A DNA stretch of 64,000 nt from Eubacteriales bacterium (GTDB lineage: Bacteria; Bacillota; Clostridia; Oscillospirales; CAG-272), in NCBI GenBank assembly GCA_045660185.1, contig JAZRDI010000101.1, forward strand, positions 17,723 to 81,722. The letters are read 5' to 3'. Below the pieces are notes generated by a model. The model made no database searches. It was not told the DNA's origin and worked only from the letters and a program-made list of their open reading frames with translations. The position numbers and the translations under genes are program-made. Shown one piece after another: positions 10,181 to 19,490 of this stretch; position 1 is the stretch's first letter, and the number at the start of each line of letters is the position of its first letter.

Positions 10181-11539
10181 ATGAACAAAAAATCAGATGA
10201 ACTTTTAGGCGCAGCGCCGATATTACCGCTGATACTTAAAATGTCGCTCCCCACGATATTCGCGCAGCTCGTTAACCTTCTTTACAGTATTATAGACAGA
10301 ATCTATATAGGCCATATTCCCGAAATAGGAAAGGATGCGCTTGCGGGAGTAGGAGTAGCAAGCACTATAGTGATACTTGTCGCAGCGTTCGCAAATATAA
10401 TAGCAGGCGGAGCAGGACCGCTTGCCGCCATTGCGCTCGGTAAAGGAGAGCGCGAGTATTCCGAGCGCATTATAGGAAATTCGATGACTCTTATTTTTGT
10501 GTTTACCGTAGCGTGTATGACACTTTCCTACGCATTAATGACGCCTCTTTTGAGTCTCGCAGGCGCGTCTGAGGTCACTATGGTATATGCAAAGGACTAT
10601 CTTAACGTATATCTTATAGGAACTCTTTTCGTCATGGTATCAACAGGGCTTAACGTCTTTATAAGCGTGCAAGGCCGTCCCGTTGTTGCAATGGTATCCG
10701 TCTTGATAGGAGCGTTGTTGAATACAGCGCTCGACCCGTTGTTCATATATGCTTTCGATATGGAAGTTAAGGGAGCTGCCGTAGCAACGGTTATATCTCA
10801 ATTTGCATCCGCAACCTTTGTACTTCTGTTTTTAACAAGGAAAAATACGTCTTTGCGATTGAAGCTTTTTAACATGAAGCCTAATGGAAAGATAATAGCT
10901 TCTACGTTAGCACTCGGTGTATCGCCGTTTGTGATGGCAAGCACGGAGAGCCTCGTAGGATTCGCGCTCAACGGAATGCTCGCGAGTTTCAACGATATAT
11001 ACGTCAGCGCTCTTACCGTAATGCAAAGCGCTATGCAAATAGTCAGTATCCCCCTCGCAGGATTTACGATGGGTGTTTCGCCTATCATCAGTTACAACTA
11101 CGGTCACAAAAATCATCAAAGAGTCAAAGAAACATTGAAATATACTTTTTTGATAGGAGTAAGCTTCAACCTTATAGGTATGCTTTCAATGATGATTTTT
11201 CCACGCTCGGTGGCATCCGTGTTTACTTCTGACGCGGATTTAATAGCTATAGTTGGTAAATTTCTGCCTCTGTTTCTTGCAGGCATGACGATATTTGGAC
11301 TTCAGCGGGTTTGCCAAAACACCTTTATCGCGCTTGGCGATGCTAAAATCTCGCTTTGCATTGCTCTTTTGAGAAAGGTTGTGCTTTTAGTTCCGTTAGC
11401 TCTTCTTTTACCGCGCTTTATGGGAGTTAGCGGAGTGTATGCTGCAGAAGCGATAGCCGATGCAACTGCCGCTATTATTTGTACGTTGATATTCGCTTTC
11501 AGATTCCCATATCTTTTGAGAAAAAACTCTAAAATGTAA
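10181..11539 (+). CDS. MATE family efflux transporter
   Basis: 452 aa, about 12 hydrophobic segments, and the typical MATE N-terminus (LPLILKMSLPTIFAQLVNLLYSIIDRIYIGH). Confidence 0.85.
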   Translation: MNKKSDELLGAAPILPLILKMSLPTIFAQLVNLLYSIIDRIYIGHIPEIGKDALAGVGVASTIVILVAAFANIIAGGAGPLAAIALGKGEREYSERIIGNSMTLIFVFTVACMTLSYALMTPLLSLAGASEVTMVYAKDYLNVYLIGTLFVMVSTGLNVFISVQGRPVVAMVSVLIGALLNTALDPLFIYAFDMEVKGAAVATVISQFASATFVLLFLTRKNTSLRLKLFNMKPNGKIIASTLALGVSPFVMASTESLVGFALNGMLASFNDIYVSALTVMQSAMQIVSIPLAGFTMGVSPIISYNYGHKNHQRVKETLKYTFLIGVSFNLIGMLSMMIFPRSVASVFTSDADLIAIVGKFLPLFLAGMTIFGLQRVCQNTFIALGDAKISLCIALLRKVVLLVPLALLLPRFMGVSGVYAAEAIADATAAIICTLIFAFRFPYLLRKNSKM

Positions 11540-11551
11540 ACTGAAAATAGC

Positions 11552-11600
11552 AAAACCGCAGGTTTTACGTTTCGAATGAGCGTATTTCCTGCGGTTTTTT
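11552..11600. terminator. bidirectional rho-independent terminator
   Basis: AAAACCGCAGG (11552-11562) pairs with CCTGCGGTTTT (11588-11598), followed by a T-run. Confidence 0.7.
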
Positions 11601-11623
11601 ATGAGAATTGTAATTAATAGAGT

Positions 11624-13807
11624 TTACTTTTCTTCAAAATGATACGTCTTGGTTGCAAAATCGTTTTTAGGGAAGTTTACGGGAATTCCGACGCTCATAA
11701 GAGTCGAACCGTGAACGATTATTTTTAACTCGGGAATATAGTATTCCTTGTTGTTGTCAAGCCCTTGCATAATCACTCTGTGGACATGAGGAGAGCAGTG
11801 ATAAAGTGAGCGGTAACAAGTGAGATGCGCGGATGACTTATCCTTGGAAACTATAGCGAATGCGAAATAATTGGAGGTGTAGGGATCATCAAGTCGGTAC
11901 AAATCACCCTCGAGCACCAAAGATTCCATTTTCTTATAGTTTTCTATTTGACTCTTAATTTCTTTTTTATCATTGTCGTTAAAAACGGTGGTGTCAAGCT
12001 CGTATCCCGTTGCGCCGAGATGCGCAATATCACCGCGTGTAGCGAGAGACGTTGTTCTGTTCACTTGATGGTTTGGAACTGCAGAAACGTGGCAGCTCAT
12101 AGCAGAGAGGGGATAAACGAGTGAAGTACCGTACTGAATTAGAGCTCTGTCCTCGGCATCTGAATTATCCGAAGTCCAAATTTGAGGGAAGTAAGCAAGA
12201 ACTGCGGGATCAAATCTTCCGCCGCCGCCCGAGCATCCCTCGAAGAATATGTCGGGATTTGCGGCCACTATTCTTTCAAACAAATCGTAAACTCCGAGTG
12301 CGTATCTGTGTGCAAACTCCGATTGGTGTTTGCTATCCAGCGTTCCGGAGAAGAATTCGGTAACGTTTCTGTTATAGTCCCACTTAACGTAGTCTATCTT
12401 GTGTTTTTTGAGTATTGCGTTAACCGAATTTACGATATAGTCACGCACTTCGGGGTTCGTGAGATCCATCATAAACTGGTGGCGTGAATAACATCTTTGT
12501 CTATCCGGAGCGCCGATAGCGTATTCGGGATGCGCGCGGAATATATCCGAATCTTCGCTTATCATTTCCGGTTCAAACCAAAGACCGAATTTCATTCCCT
12601 TGCTATGAACGTGATTTATAACAGCATCAAGTCCGCCGACAAGCTTTTTTTCATTAACGAACCAATCTCCAAGATCGGTGGTCTCTTGGTCTCTTTTATT
12701 TCCAAACCATCCGTCATCAAGAACAAGCGTATCAATACCCGTTCCTTCAACCGAGTCGGCAATTGCGCAAAGCTTTTCTGTCGTGAAGTTGAAATACGTT
12801 GCTTCCCAGTTGTTTATGAGTAAAGGACGAGGAGTTTTAACGTATCTTTTTGGAATAAGATGTTCTCTGTAGGCATCGTGAAATTCACGGCTCATACCGC
12901 CGATTCCGTTAGCGGAATACGCAACAACTATTTCCGGAGTTTCGAAACTTTCGCCCGCGCCGAGCTTCCATTCAAAATCAAAGTCGTTGATACCGCCGCT
13001 GACAATAACCTCGCCACCCAATGCGCGCTCCGCTTTGAGAACGTAAGAGGAAGAGTAAACGAGATTGAAGCCGTATGCATTTCCGCTTGTTTCGGTAGCA
13101 TTTTTATCAACTATTGCTACGAAAGGATTTAATGATGCAGACGAGGTGGCTCTTTTGGAATCTATGGACGTTACACCGTGGTGAATAGACTTTCTCTCAA
13201 CCTGTCTTTCCGATGCCCATCCGCCAAAGAGAGAAATCATATCGTAATCCGAAGAGGGAAGACACATAGCGAATGAGTATGCGCGCAAAAGCGAAATTTC
13301 TTTCTCCGAATTGTTTATATAAACTATTCTTCTTGCGATAACGTCGCAGTCATCGTAAACCGTGTAATAAAGGTCGGCACCAAAATCCTTGATTTCATCG
13401 TAAAGATGAAGCACGAGAGTTTTTCCGCCGTCAAGCGAAGGCATACCGGAAATTCGAGGCTTTTCATCAAGAATTTCATGGCTGCAATAATGAAGTTGAG
13501 TGAGTCTGTCACCGGTCTCAAATCTCGGATGAACCGTAGCCTCTCTGTAATCGCCGGTACCGAAAAACGTGATTTCGGGGCTCATATGTTGATAGGTATT
13601 GATTCCCCTAAAATTGTCAAGTCCGGGAAGAGAAGCCGAAAACGTATGGGTACTGCCGGACCTTGTGTAAAGTATGTAATCTCGGTGTATCTTTTTTCCG
13701 TAATAAAGATGCTCGGCATAACCGAAATTGTTTATAAAGAAAGCGTAAGTGGTAGACTTACCCTCAAGGTAAAACGTTTTAGTTTCCTTGTCAAAATAGA
13801 TAGACAT
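11624..13807 (-). CDS. alpha-galactosidase, glycoside hydrolase family 36
   Basis: 727 aa. GH36 motifs DDGWF, KWDYNRN (nucleophile Asp region) and CSGGGGRFD (acid/base Asp region). Confidence 0.9.
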   Translation of the reverse strand: MSIYFDKETKTFYLEGKSTTYAFFINNFGYAEHLYYGKKIHRDYILYTRSGSTHTFSASLPGLDNFRGINTYQHMSPEITFFGTGDYREATVHPRFETGDRLTQLHYCSHEILDEKPRISGMPSLDGGKTLVLHLYDEIKDFGADLYYTVYDDCDVIARRIVYINNSEKEISLLRAYSFAMCLPSSDYDMISLFGGWASERQVERKSIHHGVTSIDSKRATSSASLNPFVAIVDKNATETSGNAYGFNLVYSSSYVLKAERALGGEVIVSGGINDFDFEWKLGAGESFETPEIVVAYSANGIGGMSREFHDAYREHLIPKRYVKTPRPLLINNWEATYFNFTTEKLCAIADSVEGTGIDTLVLDDGWFGNKRDQETTDLGDWFVNEKKLVGGLDAVINHVHSKGMKFGLWFEPEMISEDSDIFRAHPEYAIGAPDRQRCYSRHQFMMDLTNPEVRDYIVNSVNAILKKHKIDYVKWDYNRNVTEFFSGTLDSKHQSEFAHRYALGVYDLFERIVAANPDIFFEGCSGGGGRFDPAVLAYFPQIWTSDNSDAEDRALIQYGTSLVYPLSAMSCHVSAVPNHQVNRTTSLATRGDIAHLGATGYELDTTVFNDNDKKEIKSQIENYKKMESLVLEGDLYRLDDPYTSNYFAFAIVSKDKSSAHLTCYRSLYHCSPHVHRVIMQGLDNNKEYYIPELKIIVHGSTLMSVGIPVNFPKNDFATKTYHFEEK

Positions 13808-13851
13808 AAAATTCTCCTTTTAAAATTGTGGGCATGAACAATATTAAAATA

Positions 13852-13880
13852 ATTATACACTATATTCGTTTTCATGTCAA
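13852..13880 (-). promoter_or_regulatory. sigma-A-type promoter for the alpha-galactosidase gene
   Basis: On the minus strand: TTGACA (13880-13875), 17-nt spacer, TATAAT (13857-13852). Confidence 0.55.
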
Positions 13881-14191
13881 GTTTGATACGTGAATATCAC
13901 AATAAAAAATTCTTATATACACTTCTATACATTTTAAAGAGTGTTTACATCGGTGGTTTTGCGTATTTGATAAATGTATTTTCGATAGTTCTTATTAAAA
14001 CAATCTAATAATTTTCTAATAAATTAGAGAAACTTGAAATTGTTTGTTATTAGCAACAAAAAAATATGTGCGGTTTTGTTAAAAACTAACAAGCCCTGCT
14101 TTTGAAAAACGTTTAAGATGCCAATTGGAAAAAGACTTGAAATGTAGTACAATATATTCGTTAAAAATTATTTTAAAGGAGAACTACTGTT

Positions 14192-15325
14192 ATGGCAGGT
14201 CTTTCACTTAGACACATTTACAAAAAGTATCCCGGCGGAGTTACCGCCGTATCCGATTTCAACCTTGAGATCAAGGATAAGGAGTTCCTTATCTTCGTTG
14301 GTCCTTCGGGTTGCGGAAAATCCACCACTCTTCGTATGATCGCAGGTCTTGAGGAGATTTCCGAGGGTGAGCTTTACATAGGCGATAGATACGTTAACGA
14401 CGTAGCGCCTAAGGACAGAGATATCGCGATGGTGTTCCAGAACTACGCTCTTTATCCTCACATGACCGTTTTCGATAATATGGCATTCGGACTTAAGCTT
14501 CGTAAGGTTCCCAAGGAGCAGATCAAGCGCCGCGTTGAAGAGGCTGCAAGAATTCTTGACATCAGCCACCTTCTCGACCGTCGTCCCAAGGCTCTTTCGG
14601 GTGGTCAGAAGCAGAGAGTTGCGCTTGGACGTGCTATCGTTCGTAATCCCAAGGTATTCCTTCTCGACGAGCCGCTTTCCAACCTTGATGCAAAGCTTCG
14701 TGCGAGCATGAGAACCGAGCTTACCAAGCTTCATAAGAAGGTAGAAACCACCTTCATCTACGTAACACACGACCAGGTAGAGGCTATGACAATGGCGTCC
14801 CGTATCGTTGTTATGAGAGACGGTCTTATTCAGCAGGTTGATACTCCTCAAAATCTTTACGATTCTCCCTGTAACCTCTTCGTTGCAGGCTTCATCGGTA
14901 CACCTCAGATGAACTTCATCAACGGTAAGCTTGAGAAGAAGGGTCAGAACCTCTATGCAACCTTCGGCAACACCGAGCTTAAGCTTCCCAGCGAGAAGGC
15001 AAACAATCCCGCTCTTAAGGAGTACATCGGTCAGGAAGTTATCTTCGGTATTCGTCCCGAGGCTATTCACGACGAGCCCATGTACCTTCAGACTCTCTCC
15101 GATTCTCTTATGAAGGTTAACGTTGACGTAACCGAGCTTATGGGTGCTGAGATTTATCTCTACCTTGGATTCGAGGGTATGGAAGATGCTACCAACGGTA
15201 AGAACATTATCGCAAGAGTATCCTCTCGTTCTCAGGCAAGAAGCGGTGACGATATTACCGTTGCTGTTGATGCTTCTCGTATCCACATCTTCGATAGAGA
15301 TACCGAAAAGTGCATTTGCCACTAA
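14192..15325 (+). CDS. sugar ABC transporter ATP-binding protein (MsmX/MsmK/MalK/UgpC type), orphan
   Basis: 377 aa. Walker A GPSGCGKST, signature LSGGQKQR, Walker B FLLDEPLS, and a MalK-like C-terminal regulatory domain. No permease or binding-protein gene is adjacent. Confidence 0.9.
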   Translation: MAGLSLRHIYKKYPGGVTAVSDFNLEIKDKEFLIFVGPSGCGKSTTLRMIAGLEEISEGELYIGDRYVNDVAPKDRDIAMVFQNYALYPHMTVFDNMAFGLKLRKVPKEQIKRRVEEAARILDISHLLDRRPKALSGGQKQRVALGRAIVRNPKVFLLDEPLSNLDAKLRASMRTELTKLHKKVETTFIYVTHDQVEAMTMASRIVVMRDGLIQQVDTPQNLYDSPCNLFVAGFIGTPQMNFINGKLEKKGQNLYATFGNTELKLPSEKANNPALKEYIGQEVIFGIRPEAIHDEPMYLQTLSDSLMKVNVDVTELMGAEIYLYLGFEGMEDATNGKNIIARVSSRSQARSGDDITVAVDASRIHIFDRDTEKCICH

Positions 15326-15357
15326 TTTGCAAATAAAAGTTTTCAAAAAATAATATC

Positions 15358-15389
15358 AACGGGTCGAATTCTTAGATTTTCGACCCGTT
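15358..15389 (+). terminator. stem-loop after the ABC ATPase gene
   Basis: AACGGGTCGAA (15358-15368) pairs with TTCGACCCGTT (15379-15389). The T-tract is weak. Confidence 0.5.
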
Positions 15390-15411
15390 ATTACTTGAAT
15401 AAGGAAAACGA

Positions 15412-16431
15412 ATGAAAAAGGAAATTATCAAAAAAAGCGTAGCCTACTTTTGTCTTTTGCTTCTCGTTTTTTATACGGTAATAGCGTTAATTCCGAGAAG
15501 GGATAACGTTAGCGGTGAAAACATTCTATTGCGCGGCGAAGGCGAGGCTCCGCTTTTGATAGCCCATAGAGGTGGTAGTGCGGAATTTCCGGAAAATACG
15601 CTTGAAGCGTTTTATAATGCGTATAGCGTTGACAAAAACGTTATAATGGAAACCGACGTTAATATCACAAAAGACGGCGTGCTTATTCTTTGTCACAACA
15701 CGCGCCTTGATGCCACGACCAACGTAACGGGACTTGTAGAAGATTGGAATTATAGCGATTTAATAGCGCAGCGTGTTAACTTTGGATACGATAATGATAC
15801 CGAAAATACGGTTTTGGTAGGTGAGCGCGCAATTTACACAAATCATAACGGTATAGAGGTTACCCCCCTTGACGTGTCATATCCCGAAGGTATTGTGCCG
15901 CGTGATTCCAAGATTTATTATGCAACAACATTTGAAGAGCTTTTATCCGCCTTTCCGAACAATATAATCAGCGTTGAAATCAAGCAAGGCGGAAAGACCG
16001 GAATTTGTGCTCTTGAAGAGTTGATGTCTATAATTGAAAAGCATGAGGCTTATGACCGTGTCATAATTACAACATTTAAAGGTAATGTTTATCGAGCGTT
16101 AAAACGCAATCAAAAAAACAGCCTTGTTCCTTCGAACACAATGTATTCTCCATCACTTTTTGCATCGGTACGTTACACGCTCCAGTACTATTTCGGTATG
16201 GATTATTTTTTTAATGATAAGGTCAGCGTGTTCCAACTTCCAATAGAAGAACTTGGTGTAGTTTACGCAAAACCCGAGTTGATAAAAAATATGCACGATA
16301 GAAATATAGCCGTCCACTTTTGGACAATTAACGACGAAGATGAAATGCGCGCCCTAATAAACCTCGGCGCAGATGGCATTATGACTAATTACCCAACGAA
16401 ACTAAAAGCCGTTCTTGACGAGTATAAATAG
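15412..16431 (+). CDS. glycerophosphodiester phosphodiesterase family protein, membrane-anchored
   Basis: 339 aa. N-terminal TM helix, then the GDPD motif LIAHRGGSAEFPENTLEAF and a C-terminal GADGIMTNYP. Confidence 0.8.
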   Translation: MKKEIIKKSVAYFCLLLLVFYTVIALIPRRDNVSGENILLRGEGEAPLLIAHRGGSAEFPENTLEAFYNAYSVDKNVIMETDVNITKDGVLILCHNTRLDATTNVTGLVEDWNYSDLIAQRVNFGYDNDTENTVLVGERAIYTNHNGIEVTPLDVSYPEGIVPRDSKIYYATTFEELLSAFPNNIISVEIKQGGKTGICALEELMSIIEKHEAYDRVIITTFKGNVYRALKRNQKNSLVPSNTMYSPSLFASVRYTLQYYFGMDYFFNDKVSVFQLPIEELGVVYAKPELIKNMHDRNIAVHFWTINDEDEMRALINLGADGIMTNYPTKLKAVLDEYK

Positions 16432-16495
16432 AAAGATAAAAGACCCAATTGTTATAAGTCATAAACGTTAAAAAGCAAACTAATATTTACAAAAA

Positions 16496-16540
16496 ACGAA
16501 CGAGAAAGGGATTTTTGCTCCGTTTTCTCGTTCGTTTTGT
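16496..16540. terminator. bidirectional terminator shared by the GDPD gene and rnpB
   Basis: ACGAACGAGAAA (16496-16507) pairs with TTTCTCGTTCGT (16524-16535), with an A-run upstream and a T-run downstream. Confidence 0.7.
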
Positions 16541-16577
16541 TATTGAATTTTTGTTGTTAGTTTTATTAAAAATATTT

Positions 16578-16955
16578 GTGACTGGGCTTGTAAGCCGGGT
16601 TCTGTACGCCTTGCGGCGCAGCAATCATCTATCTTCACTTGACGTCACCGTCAAGTTCAAGCCTTTCGGCTCTGCCACCATAATTACTTCCGCGAGCAGC
16701 AGATCGAATTACTCCGAGAATTAAGGTGTTGCATCGAATAGGGTTTACAGCGGATCTATGTTACCATAGAAACGGGTGAGCTCTTACCTCGCCTTTCCAT
16801 CCTTACCGTACAAGTACGGCGGTTTATTTCTGGTGCACTATCCCGTAGGTCGCCCCAGACTGACGTTATCAGTTATCCTGCTCTATGATGCCCGGACTTT
16901 CCTCACGATAAGACCTTTCGGCATGTTATCGCGCGATTGCCCCGCCCAGTCCCAA
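16578..16955 (-). ncRNA. rnpB: RNase P RNA
   Basis: Universally conserved RNase P blocks are present on the minus strand: GAGGAAAGTCCGGGC (rc of 16890-16904), GTAAGAGCTCACC (rc near 16774-16793) and ACAGAACCCGGCTTA (rc of 16591-16605). P1 pairing joins 5' GACTGGGC to 3' GCCCAGTC. Ends are approximate, within about 10 nt. Confidence 0.9.
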
Positions 16956-17064
16956 ATAGTATACTACGGATTTTGCAATTTGTCAAGCGTAGACTTGTTA
17001 TACGAATGAACCTTTTTTGTTTTGGTTAAAATAAGTTCCAAAAAGCAGATTGTGGAAGTAAATT

Positions 17065-17772
17065 ATGAAAAAGGTAAAAATCTTCGGAATTGATGTTTTA
17101 GCAGGAAGCAAGGAAGAGCTTTTTATGGCTGTGGCAAACATGATTGGAGAAGGCGGTGTGGTTTCTACGGTTAATCCTGAAATACTGTATGACTCGCTAA
17201 ATAACGAAGCGCTTCGCTTTGCTCTTCAGTCATCCATTTGTATTCCCGACGGATACGGGGTAGAAAAAACAATAAACTCAAGCGGTGTTTTCACGGAGCG
17301 TTTTCCGGGGGTTGAGCTTGGTGAAGCGCTTCTTTCGGTGTTTTCGGTAAGACTTGGAATAATAGGCGGAAAAGATGGCGTTGCTGAACGAGCGATGAAA
17401 AATCTTTCATCAAAGTATTCTTCGCTCGTGCCTCTTTTCGCAATATCCGGATATAATATAAACAATGAAGAATTGAGCAAAAAACTTGCGTGTGAAGCTC
17501 CGGATATCGTTTTTGTATGTCTTGGTTCGCCTAAGCAAGAACTTTTAATTAATGAGATGGCGAATTTTTCGCCCAAAACATTATTTATTGCTCTCGGTGG
17601 CTCGGTTGACATTTATGCGGGTGATAAACGCCGCGCGCCACGGATTATTCGCCGTTTGCACGGAGAGTGGCTGTATAGAATTATAACAGAGCCGAAGCGA
17701 ATAAAAAGATTGCCAAAACTCCTTTTTTATGTAAAAGAGAGTAGAAAAAATGCTATTTTGCCGTCAAAATAG
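17065..17772 (+). CDS. WecB/TagA/CpsF family glycosyltransferase
   Basis: 235 aa with family-typical motifs (VNPEIL, VCLGSPKQE, RAPRIIRRLHGEWLYR). Confidence 0.85.
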   Translation: MKKVKIFGIDVLAGSKEELFMAVANMIGEGGVVSTVNPEILYDSLNNEALRFALQSSICIPDGYGVEKTINSSGVFTERFPGVELGEALLSVFSVRLGIIGGKDGVAERAMKNLSSKYSSLVPLFAISGYNINNEELSKKLACEAPDIVFVCLGSPKQELLINEMANFSPKTLFIALGGSVDIYAGDKRRAPRIIRRLHGEWLYRIITEPKRIKRLPKLLFYVKESRKNAILPSK

Positions 17773-17844
17773 GCAAAAAAGAGAAAAAAAGCGCAAGTTT
17801 TTTAAATAAGTTAGAGAAAATTTGATAAAAATTAGTCAAAGCTA

Positions 17845-17873
17845 TTGTATATTGAAAAAAACTATGATATAAT
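17845..17873 (+). promoter_or_regulatory. candidate promoter for gap
   Basis: TTGTAT (17845-17850), 17-nt spacer, TGaTATAAT extended -10 (17865-17873). Confidence 0.45.
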
Positions 17874-17917
17874 GATAGTCGCGAAATAAAATATTATTTT
17901 TTGGAGGATTTTCAAAA

Positions 17918-18967
17918 ATGGCAAATGTAAAAGTTGCAATTAACGGCTTTGGCCGTATCGGACGTCTTGCTTTCAGACAGATGTTCGGAGCAAAAGGTTA
18001 TCAGATCGTAGCTATCAACGACCTCACCAGCCCCAAGATGCTCGCTCACCTTCTTAAGTATGACACCGCTCAGGGTCCTTACGGTCACAATGTTGATTAC
18101 AAGGATGCAGAGGTTAACGAGAACGGTAAGGTAGTAGCTCCCGGCGCTATCATCGTTGACGGTAAGGAAATCAAGATCTATTCCGAGAAGGATGCTGTAA
18201 AGTGCCCTTGGAAGAAGCTCAAGGTTGACGTTGTTCTTGAGTGCACAGGCTTCTACTGCTCTAAGGATAAGTCTATGGCTCACATCACTGCAGGCGCAAA
18301 GAAGGTTGTTATCTCCGCTCCCGCAGGCAACGATCTCAAGACTATCGTTTACGGCGTAAACAATGCAAACCTCACTGCTGATGATCAGATCATCTCCGCA
18401 GCTTCTTGCACCACTAACTGCCTTGCTCCCATGGCTAAGGCTCTTAACGATTTCGCTCCTATCCAGTCCGGTATCATGACCACTGTTCACGCATACACAG
18501 GTGACCAGATGATCCTCGATGGTCCTCACAGAAAGGGTGACCTTCGCCGTGCTCGTGCAGGCGCACAGAACATCGTTCCCAACTCTACCGGTGCTGCAAA
18601 GGCAATCGGTCTTGTTATTCCCGAGCTCAACGGCAAGCTTATCGGCTCTGCTCAGAGAGTTCCCACCTGCACTGGTTCTACTACTATCCTTGTTGCAGTT
18701 GTTAAGGGTAAGGATATCACCAAGGATGCTATCAACGCAGCTATGAAGGCTCAGGCTTCCGATTCCTTCGGTTACAACACTGATGAGATCGTTTCTTCCG
18801 ACGTTATCGGTATGACTTACGGTTCTCTCTTCGATGCAACTCAGACCATGGTAGCTAAGATCGACGATGATACTTATCAGGTTCAGGTAGTTTCTTGGTA
18901 CGATAACGAGAACTCCTACACCAGCCAGATGGTTAGAACTATTAAGTACTTCGCAGAACTTGCATAA
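17918..18967 (+). CDS. gap: type I glyceraldehyde-3-phosphate dehydrogenase
   Basis: 349 aa with NGFGRIGR and the active site SCTTNCLAP. Strong codon bias leaves a long stop-free antisense frame. Confidence 0.95.
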   Translation: MANVKVAINGFGRIGRLAFRQMFGAKGYQIVAINDLTSPKMLAHLLKYDTAQGPYGHNVDYKDAEVNENGKVVAPGAIIVDGKEIKIYSEKDAVKCPWKKLKVDVVLECTGFYCSKDKSMAHITAGAKKVVISAPAGNDLKTIVYGVNNANLTADDQIISAASCTTNCLAPMAKALNDFAPIQSGIMTTVHAYTGDQMILDGPHRKGDLRRARAGAQNIVPNSTGAAKAIGLVIPELNGKLIGSAQRVPTCTGSTTILVAVVKGKDITKDAINAAMKAQASDSFGYNTDEIVSSDVIGMTYGSLFDATQTMVAKIDDDTYQVQVVSWYDNENSYTSQMVRTIKYFAELA

Positions 18968-19272
18968 CTTATAGCTTAGATATTTTAGCGAAAATCCCCC
19001 TTTGCTCCCACTCGACGTAGGTAACTACGCCATCGGGTCGCGAAGGGGGATTTTCATCTAAAATCTCGTCGCTATAAGCCGTTCGGTTGTACTATGTCGT
19101 TTTTGCCATTCCACTCGACGTAGGTAACTACGCCATCGGGTCGTGCCGGAGGATTTTCATCTAAAATCTCGTCGCTATAAGCTATCCGCTTGTACTTTGT
19201 TGGTTTGCGCTCACTCGACGTAGCTTTACTACGTCGTCGTATAGTAAAGGGGATTTTTATCTAAAATTTAAG
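18968..19272. repeat. Three tandem copies of a ~95-110-nt palindromic intergenic repeat
   Basis: The core CCACTCGACGTAGGTAACTACGCCATCGGGTCG...GGATTTTCATCTAAAATCTCGTCGCTATAAGC occurs twice (19007-19079 and 19111-19172), with a diverged third copy (19210-19270). Copy 1 has a perfect 13-bp outer stem GAAAATCCCCCTT/AAGGGGGATTTTC. Confidence 0.8.
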
Positions 19273-19413
19273 TTATTTTAAACTGCATAATTCCATAATT
19301 AAGCCTTAAAAGCGACAGTATTGTTTGTTTTGTACCATAACGGTACATTTTTCTTTATAGCTTTTTTAGCCGAGGGGTTGCTTTTAACTATTTTTAAAAC
19401 TTTGAAAATATCA

Positions 19414-19442
19414 TTGACTTTCTCACTCTAAAAAGGTATAAT
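19414..19442 (+). promoter_or_regulatory. sigma-A-type promoter
   Basis: TTGACT (19414-19419), 17-nt spacer, TATAAT (19437-19442). Confidence 0.6.
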
Positions 19443-19490
19443 ATTGATGATATATTTGAAATATTTAAGAAACTTTGAAAGGTGGAAAAA

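Noticed and set aside
14095-14120. A possible catabolite-responsive element (cre) at TGAAAAACGTTTAAG, and the inverted repeat TTGTTATTAGCAACAA (~14041-14056), in the aga/ABC-ATPase intergenic region.
   Set aside because: The cre-like site has an extra base between TG and CG relative to TGWAANCGNTNWCA and mismatches at the 3' end. The inverted repeat is short and AT-rich. Neither is distinguishable from chance in this AT-rich spacer.
14204-15346. A 380-aa ORF antisense to the sugar ABC ATPase gene. Similar long antisense ORFs lie at 17912-18529 (opposite gap), 47252-48055 and 49053-49766 (opposite the TasA-like subunits), 42845-43618 (opposite tex), 57006-57695 (opposite ytvI-like), 6601-7203 (opposite hisF) and 21937-22563 (opposite the Cys-rich lipoprotein).
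   Set aside because: The sense-strand partners have unmistakable family motifs (Walker boxes, GAPDH active site, lipobox and so on) and proper ribosome-binding sites. The antisense translations are low-complexity, have no motifs and no RBS. Stop-free antisense frames are a known by-product of strong codon bias.
16515-17009. Two ORF-track ORFs (16515-16724 and 16776-17009, plus strand).
   Set aside because: They lie on top of the minus-strand RNase P RNA, which contains the conserved GAGGAAAGTCCGGGC, GTAAGAGC and ACAGAACCCGGCTTA blocks. They have no RBS and give implausible peptides.
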